A stretch of DNA of 57,277 nt from an uncultured Eubacterium sp. (GCA_905236805.1 CAJOPH010000029.1:1-57277), one strand, 5' to 3'. Counted from the first letter of the stretch, positions 1 to 10,289 are shown. Program-made: numbers and translations. Notes: a model not told the origin generated them from the sequence alone.

Positions 1-8
1 AATCATGT

Positions 9-275
9 TCAATCATGTTCAATCGTGATTCCGTCCAGATCCTCCATGAAAAGACTCCCTATAAGGGACAGCTCCTCTTCGTCCTCTACCATCTCATACG
101 AAGCCTCTTCGTCTTCTTCATCCCCGGGCATCTCCCTTAGTATGAAAGCTTCCCCGTCATCTTCCTCTTCCCCGGTCACCAGAAGATAGGAAATTTCATT
201 TAGCCTTAAGTCCGCCAGCACGAAGAATGTATCTTTTTCATTTGTGTCAGGATCTATGAAAAGCACTTTTTCCAT
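9..275 (-). CDS. DUF1292 family protein (small acidic protein)
   Basis: 88 aa with a very acidic C-terminal half. The N-terminus FIDPDTNEKDTFFVLADL...YLLV is typical of DUF1292. It sits downstream of ruvX, as in the conserved Firmicute ireB-ruvX-DUF1292 arrangement. Confidence 0.7.
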   Translation of the reverse strand: MEKVLFIDPDTNEKDTFFVLADLRLNEISYLLVTGEEEDDGEAFILREMPGDEEDEEASYEMVEDEEELSLIGSLFMEDLDGITIEHD

Positions 276-696
276 TGTTTATGTATCCTTCTAAAATAAG
301 GACGGCCGCCATCTGGTCGATGTACTGCTTCCTTTCGCCCAAAGGCACGCCGCTTATTTTTAAAATCCCGTCCGATTCAGAGGTGGTAAGCCTCTCGTCA
401 AAAAAATCCAAAGGGAGTCCGGTCCTTCGCCTGACATACTCCGCAAAGGTCCTGGTCTTTTCGCACCTGTCCCCTTCCGACCCGTCCATGTTCAAGGGAA
501 GCCCCACGACTATGCCTTCCGTGCGGCGCTCCAATACTATCTCGTCAATGCGTGCCAGGGTAGTACGCAGCTTCGTCTGTCTCTTGCGGAAAATGGTCTC
601 TACCGGGTGGACCATCTGCCCCAGGTCATCCGTTGCCGCTACCCCTACCGTCTTCGAGCCGTAGTCTAACCCCAAAAGCCTTAAGGGACGATCCAT
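247..696 (-). CDS. ruvX: Holliday junction resolvase-like protein RuvX (YqgF)
   Basis: 149 aa. The N-terminus LLGLDYGSKTVGVAATD matches the YqgF/RuvX RNase H-fold signature (GxDxGxxxxGxA). The 3' end overlaps the DUF1292 start. Confidence 0.85.
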   Translation of the reverse strand: MDRPLRLLGLDYGSKTVGVAATDDLGQMVHPVETIFRKRQTKLRTTLARIDEIVLERRTEGIVVGLPLNMDGSEGDRCEKTRTFAEYVRRRTGLPLDFFDERLTTSESDGILKISGVPLGERKQYIDQMAAVLILEGYINNGKSAFHRS

Positions 697-975
697 TTAC
701 GCTTCCCTTCCCTTCTCCCTTACCATGTCATCTATGTAACGGCGCAGTATCTCCTCTACTATCTCATCCCGCTCCACCTTCATGATAAGGCTCCTTGCGC
801 CATTGTGACTCGTGATATAAGTGGGATCTCCGCTCATCACGTATCCTACTATCTGGCTGACAGGATTGTATCCCTTTTCACTAAGGGCCGCATAGACCTT
901 CTCCAATACATCGGGAACCTCCATCTTGGGTTCCTTTGTGATCTTGATAAACTGGGTGTTGTTCATGTTTTCCAT
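697..975 (-). CDS. ireB: IreB family regulatory phosphoprotein (UPF0297)
   Basis: The core [43 protein letters not shown] is the UPF0297/IreB signature. The track ORF starts at a GTG at 1014 with no RBS. ATG at 975 (MENMNN) follows GGGAAGAAG and gives the usual size of about 90 aa. Confidence 0.8.
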   Translation of the reverse strand: MENMNNTQFIKITKEPKMEVPDVLEKVYAALSEKGYNPVSQIVGYVMSGDPTYITSHNGARSLIMKVERDEIVEEILRRYIDDMVREKGREA

Positions 976-1037
976 AACGTCTTCTTCCCTAAAATCGTCT
1001 TGTCCCGTGTTCACAAAAAATCTATCATCCCATTATA

Positions 1038-2378
1038 CTACATTTTTCCGCATAATTCAAGAAATGATTTTCCGTTTAGGAAATTCCTCCCCAAAATCCC
1101 CGTAAAGGCACCGTTTTGGACGAGGCTTTTTTCGCAGTATGCCTCTATGTACTCCGGGGTATGGCCCCTTAGGTAATCCTTCCCGCCTATCCTTACCTCA
1201 TCTTCCGCCAATATCCCCAGCTCCTTTCCGATGTGCCGGTCAATATATTTTTCCCCAAGCTCTTCGGAAAGGTGCCTTAACCTCGATGCCCTTTCTGACT
1301 TTTCCTTATTTTCGATTTGATTTTTCATGAGGGCCGCCGCCGTACCATCTCTCCTGGAATAGGGGAACACGTGCACGGTAAAAAATTCCATTCGCCTTAC
1401 GAAATCTAAGGTCTGCTCTTCTTCGTTTCTTGTCTCCCCGGGGAATCCCACTATGATGTCGGTCGTTATCGCGGGATCATCAAAATATCTTCTGATATCA
1501 TCCACTATCCCCGCATAACTTTGCGTATCGTAATTTCTCCCCATCCTTTCAAGGACCGTATCCGACCCGCTCTGGAGGGATATGTGAAAATGGGGACAGA
1601 GTTTTTTTACCTTTGAGAGCCTGTCTATCACATCTTCGGTGAGGTAGGTGGGCTCTAAGGATGAAAGGCGGATCCTCTCTACCTTATCTATCCTTCCCAA
1701 TTCCTCGACAAGGTCCACCAGTCCCTTTTCCTTGCGCGTATTTCCCCCATCCATAAGGTCCTTTCCGTATGAGCAAAGATGGATCCCGTTCAGCACAATC
1801 TCCCTGTAGCCCCCATCCGCCATCCTTTTGGCCTCTTCCACGGCCTTTGTAAAATCCTTTGACCTCACAGGTCCCCTGACATAGGGTATGATGCAATAGG
1901 AGCAAAAGGCATTGCACCCATCCTCCACCTTTAGAAAAGCCCTGGTCCTTTCCATGCCCGAAGGAGGGGGAAGCTCCCCATACGGTGTATCCTTCGTTAA
2001 TTTCCCAACGACCGATAACTTTTTTCCTTCATATTCGTCAAGGACCCTTAGGAAGCTGTCCTTTTCAGAAGTCCCCAGGACGATGTCTGCTTCTTCGGGG
2101 ATCTGTTTATTTTCCATTTTGGCATTTTGCACATAGCAGCCCATGGCGACGACTATCGCGCCCGGGTTTTCCTTTTTGACCCTCCTTATGGTCTTTCTTG
2201 TCTTTTGGTCTGCAATATTGGTGACGGTGCAGGTGTTTATGACCACGACACCCGCTTCTTTGTGATCTTTTGCCAAAGTAAAACCACTGTCCATCGCCAT
2301 CTTTTTTACGCTCTCTATCTCATAATAATTGACCTTGCAGCCAAGGTTTATGAAGGAGATTTTTTTGTTTTCAATCAT
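1038..2378 (-). CDS. mtaB: tRNA (N6-threonylcarbamoyladenosine37-C2)-methylthiotransferase MtaB (radical SAM)
   Basis: 446 aa with an N-terminal MTTase domain (FINLGCKVNYYE, INTCTVT), a radical SAM cluster (CNAFCSYCIIP) and a C-terminal TRAM-like region. GAGGA lies 9 nt upstream of the ATG. Confidence 0.85.
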   Translation of the reverse strand: MIENKKISFINLGCKVNYYEIESVKKMAMDSGFTLAKDHKEAGVVVINTCTVTNIADQKTRKTIRRVKKENPGAIVVAMGCYVQNAKMENKQIPEEADIVLGTSEKDSFLRVLDEYEGKKLSVVGKLTKDTPYGELPPPSGMERTRAFLKVEDGCNAFCSYCIIPYVRGPVRSKDFTKAVEEAKRMADGGYREIVLNGIHLCSYGKDLMDGGNTRKEKGLVDLVEELGRIDKVERIRLSSLEPTYLTEDVIDRLSKVKKLCPHFHISLQSGSDTVLERMGRNYDTQSYAGIVDDIRRYFDDPAITTDIIVGFPGETRNEEEQTLDFVRRMEFFTVHVFPYSRRDGTAAALMKNQIENKEKSERASRLRHLSEELGEKYIDRHIGKELGILAEDEVRIGGKDYLRGHTPEYIEAYCEKSLVQNGAFTGILGRNFLNGKSFLELCGKM

Positions 2379-3561
2379 GGGGACTTATCCTCACCGTCTC
2401 CACCGTCCCTATGGCCTCTTCATAGAGACTTTCGATCTTGCCTTCCAAAAGCTTTTCAGACCTTTCGATATCCCTTATCCTGGGCTTTGTGACGGGATGC
2501 TTTGCTACAAATATGGTGCAGCAGTCCTCATAAGGCAGTATCGATGTCTCATAGGTTCCTATTTCCCTGGAAAGCTTCACTATCTCGTTTTTGTCAAATC
2601 CTATGAGGGGCCTGTACACGGGAAGGGAGCATACGGCATTCGTGGCGTTAAGGCTGTGCATGGTCTGGGACGCGACCTGTCCCACGGACTCTCCCGTTAC
2701 CAGCGCCAAAGACCCGTTTTCTCTTGCAAAATGCTCCGCTATCTTCATCATGTAACGCCTCATGATGATGGTAAGCTCGTCATGGGGGCACACATCATAG
2801 ATCTTCATCTGTATGTCCGTGAAATTAACGACCTTCAGCTCGATTTCGCCCGCGTATCCCGAGACTATCTTTGCCAGGTCAATGACCTTTTCCTTTGCCC
2901 TCCCCGATGTGTAGGGAGGGGCGTCAAAGTACACGGCCTGAAGGGATGCCCCCCTCTTTGCTATCATGTATCCTGCCACGGGAGAATCTATTCCACCCGA
3001 AAGAAGGAGGGTGGCCTTTCCCGCCGTCCCCACGGGCATTCCCCCGGGGCCTTTGAAGACCTTGGAGTATATGTATATGTCCTCACGTATTTCTATATTT
3101 ATTATTTCCCCGGGGTTATGTACATCCACCGCGGCTCCCGGAAACTCTTCCAATATCTTTTCCCCGATATACGCATTTATTTCCATGGAATTTAAGGGAA
3201 AATTCTTCCTGGACCTTCTGGATTCCACCTTGAAAGTCTTGTCAAATGTATCATAATTTTCCTTTATGAAGCCAATGACATCCTCGGATAAGCCTTCCTG
3301 CCCCCTGTCCTCGGAAAGCCACACGGGGCAGACCCCCACCACGCCGAAGACCTTTGTAAGGGCGCTTATTACCTCATCTTCATCATAGCCATCCGTTCCA
3401 CAGTCCACATAGATCCTTCCCGTCCTTTTCCTGACGTAAAAATCTCCCTCCACTCGGGATATGGCCTCCTTTATCCTCCTTGTGAGGGCATCCTCAAATA
3501 CCTTTCTGTTGTCACCCTTTATGGCTATCTCCCCGTATTTTATCAAAAATGAATGTCTCAT
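2371..3561 (-). CDS. thiI: tRNA 4-thiouridine(8) synthase ThiI
   Basis: [15 protein letters not shown] (THUMP N-terminus) and the PP-loop [12 protein letters not shown] are present. The track ORF extends to 3732. ATG at 3561 ([11 protein letters not shown]) is preceded by GGGGAG and matches the canonical ThiI N-terminus. Confidence 0.85.
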   Translation of the reverse strand: MRHSFLIKYGEIAIKGDNRKVFEDALTRRIKEAISRVEGDFYVRKRTGRIYVDCGTDGYDEDEVISALTKVFGVVGVCPVWLSEDRGQEGLSEDVIGFIKENYDTFDKTFKVESRRSRKNFPLNSMEINAYIGEKILEEFPGAAVDVHNPGEIINIEIREDIYIYSKVFKGPGGMPVGTAGKATLLLSGGIDSPVAGYMIAKRGASLQAVYFDAPPYTSGRAKEKVIDLAKIVSGYAGEIELKVVNFTDIQMKIYDVCPHDELTIIMRRYMMKIAEHFARENGSLALVTGESVGQVASQTMHSLNATNAVCSLPVYRPLIGFDKNEIVKLSREIGTYETSILPYEDCCTIFVAKHPVTKPRIRDIERSEKLLEGKIESLYEEAIGTVETVRISPHD

Positions 3562-3733
3562 AAGTCTCCCCTGCTTTTCGTGTTGTTTTGGTTTTTTACT
3601 ATTATACCCCCTATGGGAGATTATTTCAAGAAAATATGGGAAGAGGCTTTTAACAAAAAATTTTTTACTTGATAATATTCTTTCTATATGGTATAATGAA
3701 ATGTCTTTTTTTACAAGGAGGTTTGCTGACACT

Positions 3734-4240
3734 ATGGCATTATTAGATGAATGGCAATCGGTCGCCTACGACACGAAGGCGGACAGAAACGAGCTCTCCA
3801 AATTCTGGGAGAGATATTTTGAAAAAGAAAAGGGAATATACGAAAAGCTCCTGGCAGACCCCGACAATGAAGTAAAGGGCACCGTCAGGGAGCTGGCAGA
3901 TGAATTCGGGGTCGAGCTTATGGCCTTTGTGGGATTTTTGGACGGAATAAATGAGAGCCTTAAGGTCCCAAACCCCATAGAAACAATGGACGAGGATACG
4001 GTGGTTTCGCTCCTTTTCGACAAGGAAAGCCTCTACAAGAACATGGTGGCCGCGGAAGCCGACTGGCTCTATGGGCTCCCACAGTGGAACAGCATTTTTT
4101 CACCCGAGAAGCAAAAAGAGCTCTATAAGGAACAAAAAAGATCCAAGACCGTAATAAAGCCCAAAAAGATCGGCCGGAACGATCCTTGTCCCTGCGGCAG
4201 CGGAAAGAAATATAAGTACTGCTGCGGCAAGAGCGCATAA
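3734..4240 (+). CDS. SEC-C metal-binding motif protein
   Basis: The C-terminus [20 protein letters not shown] is the SEC-C zinc motif. ATG at 3734 is preceded by AAGGAGG. The upstream part of the track ORF (3461-3733) is antisense to thiI. Confidence 0.75.
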   Translation: MALLDEWQSVAYDTKADRNELSKFWERYFEKEKGIYEKLLADPDNEVKGTVRELADEFGVELMAFVGFLDGINESLKVPNPIETMDEDTVVSLLFDKESLYKNMVAAEADWLYGLPQWNSIFSPEKQKELYKEQKRSKTVIKPKKIGRNDPCPCGSGKKYKYCCGKSA

Positions 4241-4252
4241 GGAGAATAAACG

Positions 4253-5521
4253 ATGAAGACATTACCATTTACCGTGGATTTTCTTGAGGAGACAGCCTCC
4301 AAATACCCGACTCCTTTTTATATTTATGATGAGAAAGGCATCCGGGAAAACATGGAAAAAGTAAAAAAAGCCTTTTCCTGGAACAAGGGCTTTAGGGAAT
4401 ATTTTGCCGTAAAGGCAGAGCCCAATCCCTCCATCATTGAGATAATGAAAAAGCAGGGGTGCGGCACAGACTGCTCTTCCTACACGGAGCTTTTGCTGTC
4501 CCATGCCATGGGATTTTCGGGGGACGAGGTCATGTTTTCATCAAATGACACCCCTCCTTCAGAATTCAAATACGCGGACGATATAGGTGCCACTATTAAT
4601 TTGGATGATTTTACCCATATAAAGATCTTGGAGGATACCATAGGGCACATCCCCGAAAAGATTTCACTGCGCTTCAATCCCGGGGGCACATACTCCCTCT
4701 CTAACGGCATCATGGACAATCCCGGTGATTCAAAATACGGTCTTACCAAAGAGCAGCTCATAGAAGGCTATAAGATACTGAAGCAAAAGGGCGCAAAGAC
4801 ATTGGGGCTTCACGCCTTTTTGGTCAGCAATACCCTTACCAATGACTACTATCCTGAGCTCTCGAAGACCCTCTTTGAGCTGGTCGTGGAGCTAAAGAAG
4901 GTCCACGACATAGAGATCTCGTTCATCAATCTCTCGGGCGGGGTGGGGATAGCCTATAAAGAAGAAGATGTGCCCAATGACATCCTGGCCATAGGGGAAG
5001 GCGTGCACAGGGTCTACGATGAGATCCTCGTTCCTTCCGGTCTTGGAGATATTTCCATATACACGGAAATGGGGCGGTTTATGACAGGTCCCTACGGATA
5101 CCTTGTGACCAGAGCCATCAACGAAAAACACATCTACAAGGAATACATCGGGGTGGATGCCTGCGCTGTAAACCTCATGCGCCCGGCCATTTACGGTGCC
5201 TACCACCATATCACCGTGGCCGGCAAGGAAAAAAGCCCCCGTGACCATGTGTACGACGTGGTGGGATCTTTGTGTGAAAACAATGACAAATTCGCCATAG
5301 ACAGACCTCTCCCAAAGGTGGATAGGGGGGATCTTCTGGTGATTCACGATGCGGGCGCTCACGGATTTGCCATGGGGTATAATTACAACGGCAAGCTCAA
5401 ATCCGCAGAGCTATTGATGAAGGAGGATGGTAATGTCGAACTCATCCGCCGCGCCGAGACACCCGAAGATTATTTCGCGACTTTAGACGTATCTGATATT
5501 TACAAAAAAATGTTTCAATGA
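4253..5521 (+). CDS. lysA: PLP-dependent decarboxylase of the diaminopimelate decarboxylase family
   Basis: 422 aa. TPFYIYDE and YFAVKAEPNPSIIE (PLP lysine region), a C-terminal GSLCENND and HDAGAH are typical of group IV decarboxylases (LysA/NspC). AAGGAG RBS present. Confidence 0.7.
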   Translation: MKTLPFTVDFLEETASKYPTPFYIYDEKGIRENMEKVKKAFSWNKGFREYFAVKAEPNPSIIEIMKKQGCGTDCSSYTELLLSHAMGFSGDEVMFSSNDTPPSEFKYADDIGATINLDDFTHIKILEDTIGHIPEKISLRFNPGGTYSLSNGIMDNPGDSKYGLTKEQLIEGYKILKQKGAKTLGLHAFLVSNTLTNDYYPELSKTLFELVVELKKVHDIEISFINLSGGVGIAYKEEDVPNDILAIGEGVHRVYDEILVPSGLGDISIYTEMGRFMTGPYGYLVTRAINEKHIYKEYIGVDACAVNLMRPAIYGAYHHITVAGKEKSPRDHVYDVVGSLCENNDKFAIDRPLPKVDRGDLLVIHDAGAHGFAMGYNYNGKLKSAELLMKEDGNVELIRRAETPEDYFATLDVSDIYKKMFQ

Positions 5522-5578
5522 TACAATAAACACTAAGGAACTGTAAAGGATAAGGAAAAAAACGGAGGATCTAGTCAG

Positions 5579-6349
5579 GTGGAAAAGGGGACTGTCCTAT
5601 ACATAGGCCAAAAAAGCACTGTATCACAGAGATTTTCTGATATACTGGCAAACACACACAATGTCATAAACTGGTCAATGAACCAAAAGGGGCTATTCAG
5701 GGAAATACCCACGGATGTGGATTGCATAGTGATGTATGTGGATGGATTGAGTGATTCCGAGTACAGGCTGCTGAAGGACTTTCTGACCATCTTCCCTTCA
5801 AACTACGAGCCCGTCCTCGCCATCGGCTCCAAGGCATCGACAAAGTCTTTCAGGCGCTTCATAGGGTATCCCTTGGAATCCGAGATCGACTCCACCAAAG
5901 AAGAAGTCAATCTCCTGGGACCTGTAAATTCCGTCATCGGATCGATTCGGGCGAAGGACAGGAAGAAGGAATACGAGGCTAATTTCGTGGATGCCACACT
6001 CGGGATATACGGAAAAGACAAGGAAGTGAACCAGCATTTCGAAAATATGTTCAGGCACCTTTGCAACACCCACATCTATGACAATCCCGGCAGCCTCCTG
6101 GATCATGTCTACAACGACCCACCGAAGGTTTTGCTCCTATCATATATCGAGGCCACCCAAGATGAGAACCTGCTGATCTCCCAGATCCGCCAGGGCAATG
6201 GACAGAATGTGACGCTGATACTCTTTGGTCCTTCGATGTCCCAGGCGCAGTTCCAGGAGATCATAGAATACAAGCCCAACGGATACATCATGGAAGGCAC
6301 GAATGACGCAGACGCGGTAGACCTTATAATGAACAAGATGAAAAAATAA
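5579..6349 (+). CDS. hypothetical protein, possibly two degenerate CheY-like (pseudo-receiver) halves
   Basis: 256 aa with a GTG start after ACGGAGGA. It has two beta-alpha style halves (VLYIG...DCIVMYVDG...PVLAIG and KVLLLSY...VTLILFG...GYIMEG). No confident family match by eye. Confidence 0.45.
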   Translation: MEKGTVLYIGQKSTVSQRFSDILANTHNVINWSMNQKGLFREIPTDVDCIVMYVDGLSDSEYRLLKDFLTIFPSNYEPVLAIGSKASTKSFRRFIGYPLESEIDSTKEEVNLLGPVNSVIGSIRAKDRKKEYEANFVDATLGIYGKDKEVNQHFENMFRHLCNTHIYDNPGSLLDHVYNDPPKVLLLSYIEATQDENLLISQIRQGNGQNVTLILFGPSMSQAQFQEIIEYKPNGYIMEGTNDADAVDLIMNKMKK

Positions 6350-6455
6350 AGATCACAGAATGTGCCACGAAAATTCACATTACTCTGTTAATATTTAGTT
6401 CATCTTTACCGATATATACTAAGAATAATAGGTAACCATGAAAGGGGTGATCATT

Positions 6456-6674
6456 ATGGCAGTTACCCGTTCGAGTACGAACTACGAAGTCATAGAGATG
6501 ATGGACAAGCTGACCGATATCAGAGACACCGTGGCTCTGGAAAGGAAGAAGCGTCTCAAGGGCTCAGCTACCAAGACGATGGTGTCCACCTTCCATTCCG
6601 GTCAGGAGAACGCGAAATCCAAAAAAGCCAAAGACCCCGTATACAGTGGCGGCTTCGGCTCAAAGAAGTGGTGA
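6456..6674 (+). CDS. small basic hypothetical protein (72 aa)
   Basis: The ORF is in frame with the track ORF 6438-6674. ATG at 6456 lies 8 nt after AAAGGGG. The protein is lysine-rich with no recognisable family. Confidence 0.4.
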   Translation: MAVTRSSTNYEVIEMMDKLTDIRDTVALERKKRLKGSATKTMVSTFHSGQENAKSKKAKDPVYSGGFGSKKW

Positions 6675-6686
6675 TTTTGTGATTTT

Positions 6687-7205
6687 TTACAGCTCTCCCT
6701 TGGGAAAGCCGTTCCTTGCGAAGGAATGGTTGGTAAAGGTCTTGTCAAAGGTGAGTTCGCGATGTACCTCCAGGTAATCGGGAATGGTATATGCTTCATC
6801 TTCGGATGAGAGCTCTATCTCGAGGATGGCCTGCTTCTTCCAATACTGAAATATGTCTAATTCATATACAAATCCCTCCCCCGGGATGCGGTACCTCGCT
6901 TTGTAAAGGGTGCTGCATTCCGGGTCTTTTTCTGCATAGAGGCTTTTGTATGCGGACTTTGTTATAAAGGTCTCGCTCTCTATCCTGTCGATGTCGGAAA
7001 TCTTTTCCTTCTCCGTGTAGATGTATCTTTTCTCCGGATCAGGCCACCTTCTGTCCCATATCCTTATCCTCCTGTTTTCACCCTTTTCCCCCTTCCTGAG
7101 GTAGGTCTGGGTGATTAGTATCTTTTCGGTACCGGGGATGTTCGATATGTACTCTAAGTCCGGGTAACGGATCAAAAATTTCCGTTCAATTTCGTGATGC
7201 GGCAT
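6687..7205 (-). CDS. CYTH domain protein (triphosphate tunnel metalloenzyme family)
   Basis: The N-terminal HHEIERKFLI contains the CYTH ExExK signature. ATG at 7205 follows GAGGGAAG. The track ORF extension to 7247 overlaps the terminator of the upstream gene. Confidence 0.7.
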   Translation of the reverse strand: MPHHEIERKFLIRYPDLEYISNIPGTEKILITQTYLRKGEKGENRRIRIWDRRWPDPEKRYIYTEKEKISDIDRIESETFITKSAYKSLYAEKDPECSTLYKARYRIPGEGFVYELDIFQYWKKQAILEIELSSEDEAYTIPDYLEVHRELTFDKTFTNHSFARNGFPKGEL

Positions 7206-7231
7206 TTGTTCTTCCCTCAAAAAAATCCCAA

Positions 7232-7270
7232 AAATAAGGACACCCATAAAGGATGTCCTTAAGATTCATC
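7232..7270 (-). terminator. rho-independent terminator downstream of the SDR gene
   Basis: On the minus strand, TAAGGACA-(11 nt loop)-TGTCCTTA forms an 8-bp stem (7244-7270). It is followed by TTTTTGGGATTTTTTT. Confidence 0.6.
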
Positions 7271-7279
7271 AGATAACCA

Positions 7280-8047
7280 TCAATACATCGTGGTCCCGTG
7301 ATCTACATACAGTATCTGTCCTGTCACTGCCTTCGACTCGTCAGATGCGAAGTAAAGGCATGCAAGAGCCTGATCTTCCACGTCTGCCTCGGGAAGGGTG
7401 ATGTCTATGTGCTGGCCGCACAGTGCCGCAAACTCACCGTCAAATGTGGCAGCCGCCTCGGGAGCATTGAGCGGTGTGGGGGTGGGTCCCGGTCCTACCG
7501 CATTGCAGCGGATCTTTCCATCGTACTTGTTGGAGTAGTAGATGGCGATGTTCTTGGTCATGGCGTTTACCGCGGACTTAGCCGCAGAGTAGGAAATACC
7601 CGCAACGCCCTGGCTGCCGATGGACGAGATGTTCACGATGGAACCCTTTCCCTGCTTTTCCATGTGCACGAGCGCGTACTTGCTCATGTAGTACACGGAG
7701 TACTGGTCGATCTTTACGACCGTGTCATACCAGTCCTCATCGCAGGTGTTTATCGGGCGGTGCTTGTCAGCTATGCCGGCATTGTTCACAAGGACATCTA
7801 CCCGTCCGTACTTGTCAGCCGTGAAGTCTACTACCTTGTGGCAGTCTTCGGGCTTGGTAAGGTCTGCGTCCACCGCAGAAATCTCGCCATACTGAGAAAG
7901 CTCTGAAACAGTCTTCTCATTCTCATCATGGCGGCGGGCAGCTATGACCACCTTTCCGCCTTCCTTCAAAAATACCTCAGCAGTCTTCTTCCCGATACCG
8001 GAATTCCCACCGGTAACAATACAGATCTTGCCGTCTAATCTTCCCAT
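7280..8047 (-). CDS. SDR family oxidoreductase (classical short-chain dehydrogenase)
   Basis: 255 aa with TGGNSGIGK (TGxxxGxG), NNAG, and YSAAK (YxxxK). AGGAGG RBS present. Confidence 0.85.
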   Translation of the reverse strand: MGRLDGKICIVTGGNSGIGKKTAEVFLKEGGKVVIAARRHDENEKTVSELSQYGEISAVDADLTKPEDCHKVVDFTADKYGRVDVLVNNAGIADKHRPINTCDEDWYDTVVKIDQYSVYYMSKYALVHMEKQGKGSIVNISSIGSQGVAGISYSAAKSAVNAMTKNIAIYYSNKYDGKIRCNAVGPGPTPTPLNAPEAAATFDGEFAALCGQHIDITLPEADVEDQALACLYFASDESKAVTGQILYVDHGTTMY

Positions 8048-8123
8048 TGGATCATACCTCCTGTTTTGTATTCGCGTCCCCGGATATATAAGGGACTTTA
8101 ACCATACTCTATATTATACTCCT

Positions 8124-9788
8124 TTATCCCTTCTTTTTCAAGAGTTTATTGACGGCTATGACGAGGGCATTTATCGAAGCCTTTATGATGTCCTCATCGG
8201 TCCCTGCCCCCCACTCCATATGTCCCGTCCGGGTGAGTCCCACATAGGCCATGGCCTTGGATGAAGAGCCGCGGGTAAGAGCATGCTCACTGTAGGTAGA
8301 CAGCTCATACGTGATGGAAAAGTGTTTCTTTAGGGCATTGCTCACCGCGTCGAGCCTTCCATTTCCTAAGCCTTCCACGATGGTCACCCGGCCATTTTCG
8401 GAAACACTCACCCTGGCCTTTATGCCGTCTTTTTGCTCGAAATGGCACTCGGTGATATCGAAGAGCTTTTCGATATTTATGTAATTATCCTTGAAGATAT
8501 CATATATCTCATCAGGCAAAAGCTCCGCATGGCGCCTGTCCGAGACATCCTTCATCAGGTATCCCACCTGCTCGCTCATCTTCTTCGGAAGCTCTATCCC
8601 AAAGCTTTGCTTCAGTATGAATGACACCCCGCCCTTGCCCGACTGGCTGTTTATCCTGATGACGTCCGCGTCATAGGTACGCCCCACATCCTTTGGGTCT
8701 ATCGGGAGGTATGGCACGTTCCATTCGGAAAGTCCCTTATCCTGTCTCCATGCCATCCCCTTGGATATGGCATCCTGGTGGGAACCCGAAAAGGCCGTAA
8801 ACACCAGGTCTCCGGCATAGGGCTGCCTGGGGGGCACCTCCATCCTCGTATAGGTCTCATACCTTTCCCTGAGGGATGGGATATCCGAAAAATCAAGTCC
8901 CGGATCTACGCCGTGGGTGTACATGTTCATGGCCAGCGTGATGATGTCCACGTTTCCCGTCCTTTCGCCATTTCCAAAGAGCGTCCCTTCTATCCTGTCG
9001 GCCCCCGCCAAAATCCCCAGCTCGGCATCCGATATCCCGCACCACCTGTCATTGTGCGGATGGAGGGAGAGCACCACCGAATCCCTGTAGGCCAAGTGCT
9101 TATGGATGTATTCTATCTGGGTGGCAAAGACATGCGGCATTGCGTTTTCCACCGTGGTAGGTATGTTTATTATGGTCTTCCACGAAGGATTGGGCTTCCA
9201 TACCTCAAGAACCGCATTGCACACATCCACGGCATAGTCCACCTCTGTCCCCGGAAAACTCTCCGGGGAATATTCGAAAAGGAAATTTCCATTGGTCTGT
9301 GAGGCAAGATCCTTTAAGAGGATGGCCCCGTCCACTGCTATTTTCTTTATTTCTTCCTTTGATTTCTTAAAGACCTGCTCCCTCTGGGCCACCGATGTGG
9401 AATTGTACAGGTGTACCACGGCCCTGGGCGCGCCCTCCACGGCCTCAAAGGTCTTTTTTATGATGTGTTCCCTAGCCTGGGTGAGGACCTGTACCGTCAC
9501 GTCATCGGGAATCATGTCCTTTTCTATCAGGGTCCTCATGAACCGGTATTCTGTCTCCGAGGCCGCGGGGAAACCCACCTCTATCTCCTTGAAGCCCACC
9601 TCCACGAGCATCTCAAAAAAAAGCAGCTTTTCCTTAAGGCTCATAGGCTCTATCAGGGCCTGGTTTCCATCCCTTAAGTCCACGCTGCACCATATCGGGG
9701 GCTTTTCTATATGATCTTTCTTCACCCAGTCATATGTCGGCTCAGGCGGCATAAAATACTGAAGCTTGTATTTGTCTGATACTTTCAT
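8124..9788 (-). CDS. leuA: 2-isopropylmalate synthase, long form
   Basis: 554 aa with WCSVDLRDGNQAL and HPHNDRWCG (HxH metal site), plus a C-terminal LeuA dimerisation/regulatory region. Confidence 0.9.
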   Translation of the reverse strand: MKVSDKYKLQYFMPPEPTYDWVKKDHIEKPPIWCSVDLRDGNQALIEPMSLKEKLLFFEMLVEVGFKEIEVGFPAASETEYRFMRTLIEKDMIPDDVTVQVLTQAREHIIKKTFEAVEGAPRAVVHLYNSTSVAQREQVFKKSKEEIKKIAVDGAILLKDLASQTNGNFLFEYSPESFPGTEVDYAVDVCNAVLEVWKPNPSWKTIINIPTTVENAMPHVFATQIEYIHKHLAYRDSVVLSLHPHNDRWCGISDAELGILAGADRIEGTLFGNGERTGNVDIITLAMNMYTHGVDPGLDFSDIPSLRERYETYTRMEVPPRQPYAGDLVFTAFSGSHQDAISKGMAWRQDKGLSEWNVPYLPIDPKDVGRTYDADVIRINSQSGKGGVSFILKQSFGIELPKKMSEQVGYLMKDVSDRRHAELLPDEIYDIFKDNYINIEKLFDITECHFEQKDGIKARVSVSENGRVTIVEGLGNGRLDAVSNALKKHFSITYELSTYSEHALTRGSSSKAMAYVGLTRTGHMEWGAGTDEDIIKASINALVIAVNKLLKKKG

Positions 9789-9836
9789 TTCATATTCCTT
9801 TCTTTGGCTTTTTGAAAATCCCTTTATGTATGACTT

Positions 9837-10289
9837 TTAATCTTCCTCCCACAATGACTTCACGAAATGCATCCGCCCCTCCTCGCGGTGCGGCTCATTC
9901 GTGGGACGCTCACCGGCATCCTCATGAAAGGCCGCGGCCAGGGCTCCAACGGTCTGTTTCATGCAGTCCATGCAGTAGCTGCCATACCGGATGGAACATC
10001 CACATTTCTTACATTTAATGAAGATCCTGCTGTTGTTAGGAATCTCTAACCTGCCCTTCCTCAAAAACAGGTGTACCACCTGCTGGTCCACCCCCGTCTT
10101 TTGGGAGACCTCATACTCAGGCGTGGGACCGTTTTCGTTCAGGAATTTTCTGACTTTGCCGTAGTCATCCAGGATTTCTTTCTTGCATTCCTCACACTTG
10201 TATTTGCCGTCCTCTATCATGAGGATCTTGCCCCCGCATTCAGGACACATTATGGGGCGTCTTTCCAAAAACTTTTCATATGCGTTCAT
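9837..10289 (-). CDS. zinc-ribbon protein, YvyF-like (flagellar-region protein family)
   Basis: 150 aa with two CxxC...CxxC ribbons (CPECGG...CEECKK and CKKCGC...CMDC). They flank an HTH-like segment, SQKTGVDQQVVHLFLRKGRL, an architecture like B. subtilis YvyF. Confidence 0.5.
   Translation of the reverse strand: MNAYEKFLERRPIMCPECGGKILMIEDGKYKCEECKKEILDDYGKVRKFLNENGPTPEYEVSQKTGVDQQVVHLFLRKGRLEIPNNSRIFIKCKKCGCSIRYGSYCMDCMKQTVGALAAAFHEDAGERPTNEPHREEGRMHFVKSLWEED

Noticed and set aside
2329-3195. A 288-aa plus-strand ORF. Similar long ORFs occur at 20218-21057, 22180-22944, 44515-45312 and 54525-55505.
   Set aside because: All lie fully antisense to well-supported minus-strand genes (thiI, MCP, UDPGP, hybrid kinases). 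Their translations are low-complexity and rich in Arg, His, Pro and Leu, with no family motifs and no RBS. They are shadow ORFs caused by purine-rich coding strands.
3562-3732. A 57-codon N-terminal extension of the thiI ORF. Similar extensions occur on the CYTH (7206-7247), beta-helix (13097-13135), ireB (976-1014) and ABC ATPase (40710-40739) ORFs.
   Set aside because: Internal ATG codons with good Shine-Dalgarno sequences reproduce the canonical family N-termini. The extensions overlap neighbouring genes, terminators or promoters.
8076-8096. A hairpin GTCCC-11 nt-GGGAC after leuA, considered as a terminator.
   Set aside because: The stem is only 5 bp, the loop is large, and no U-tract follows on the minus strand.
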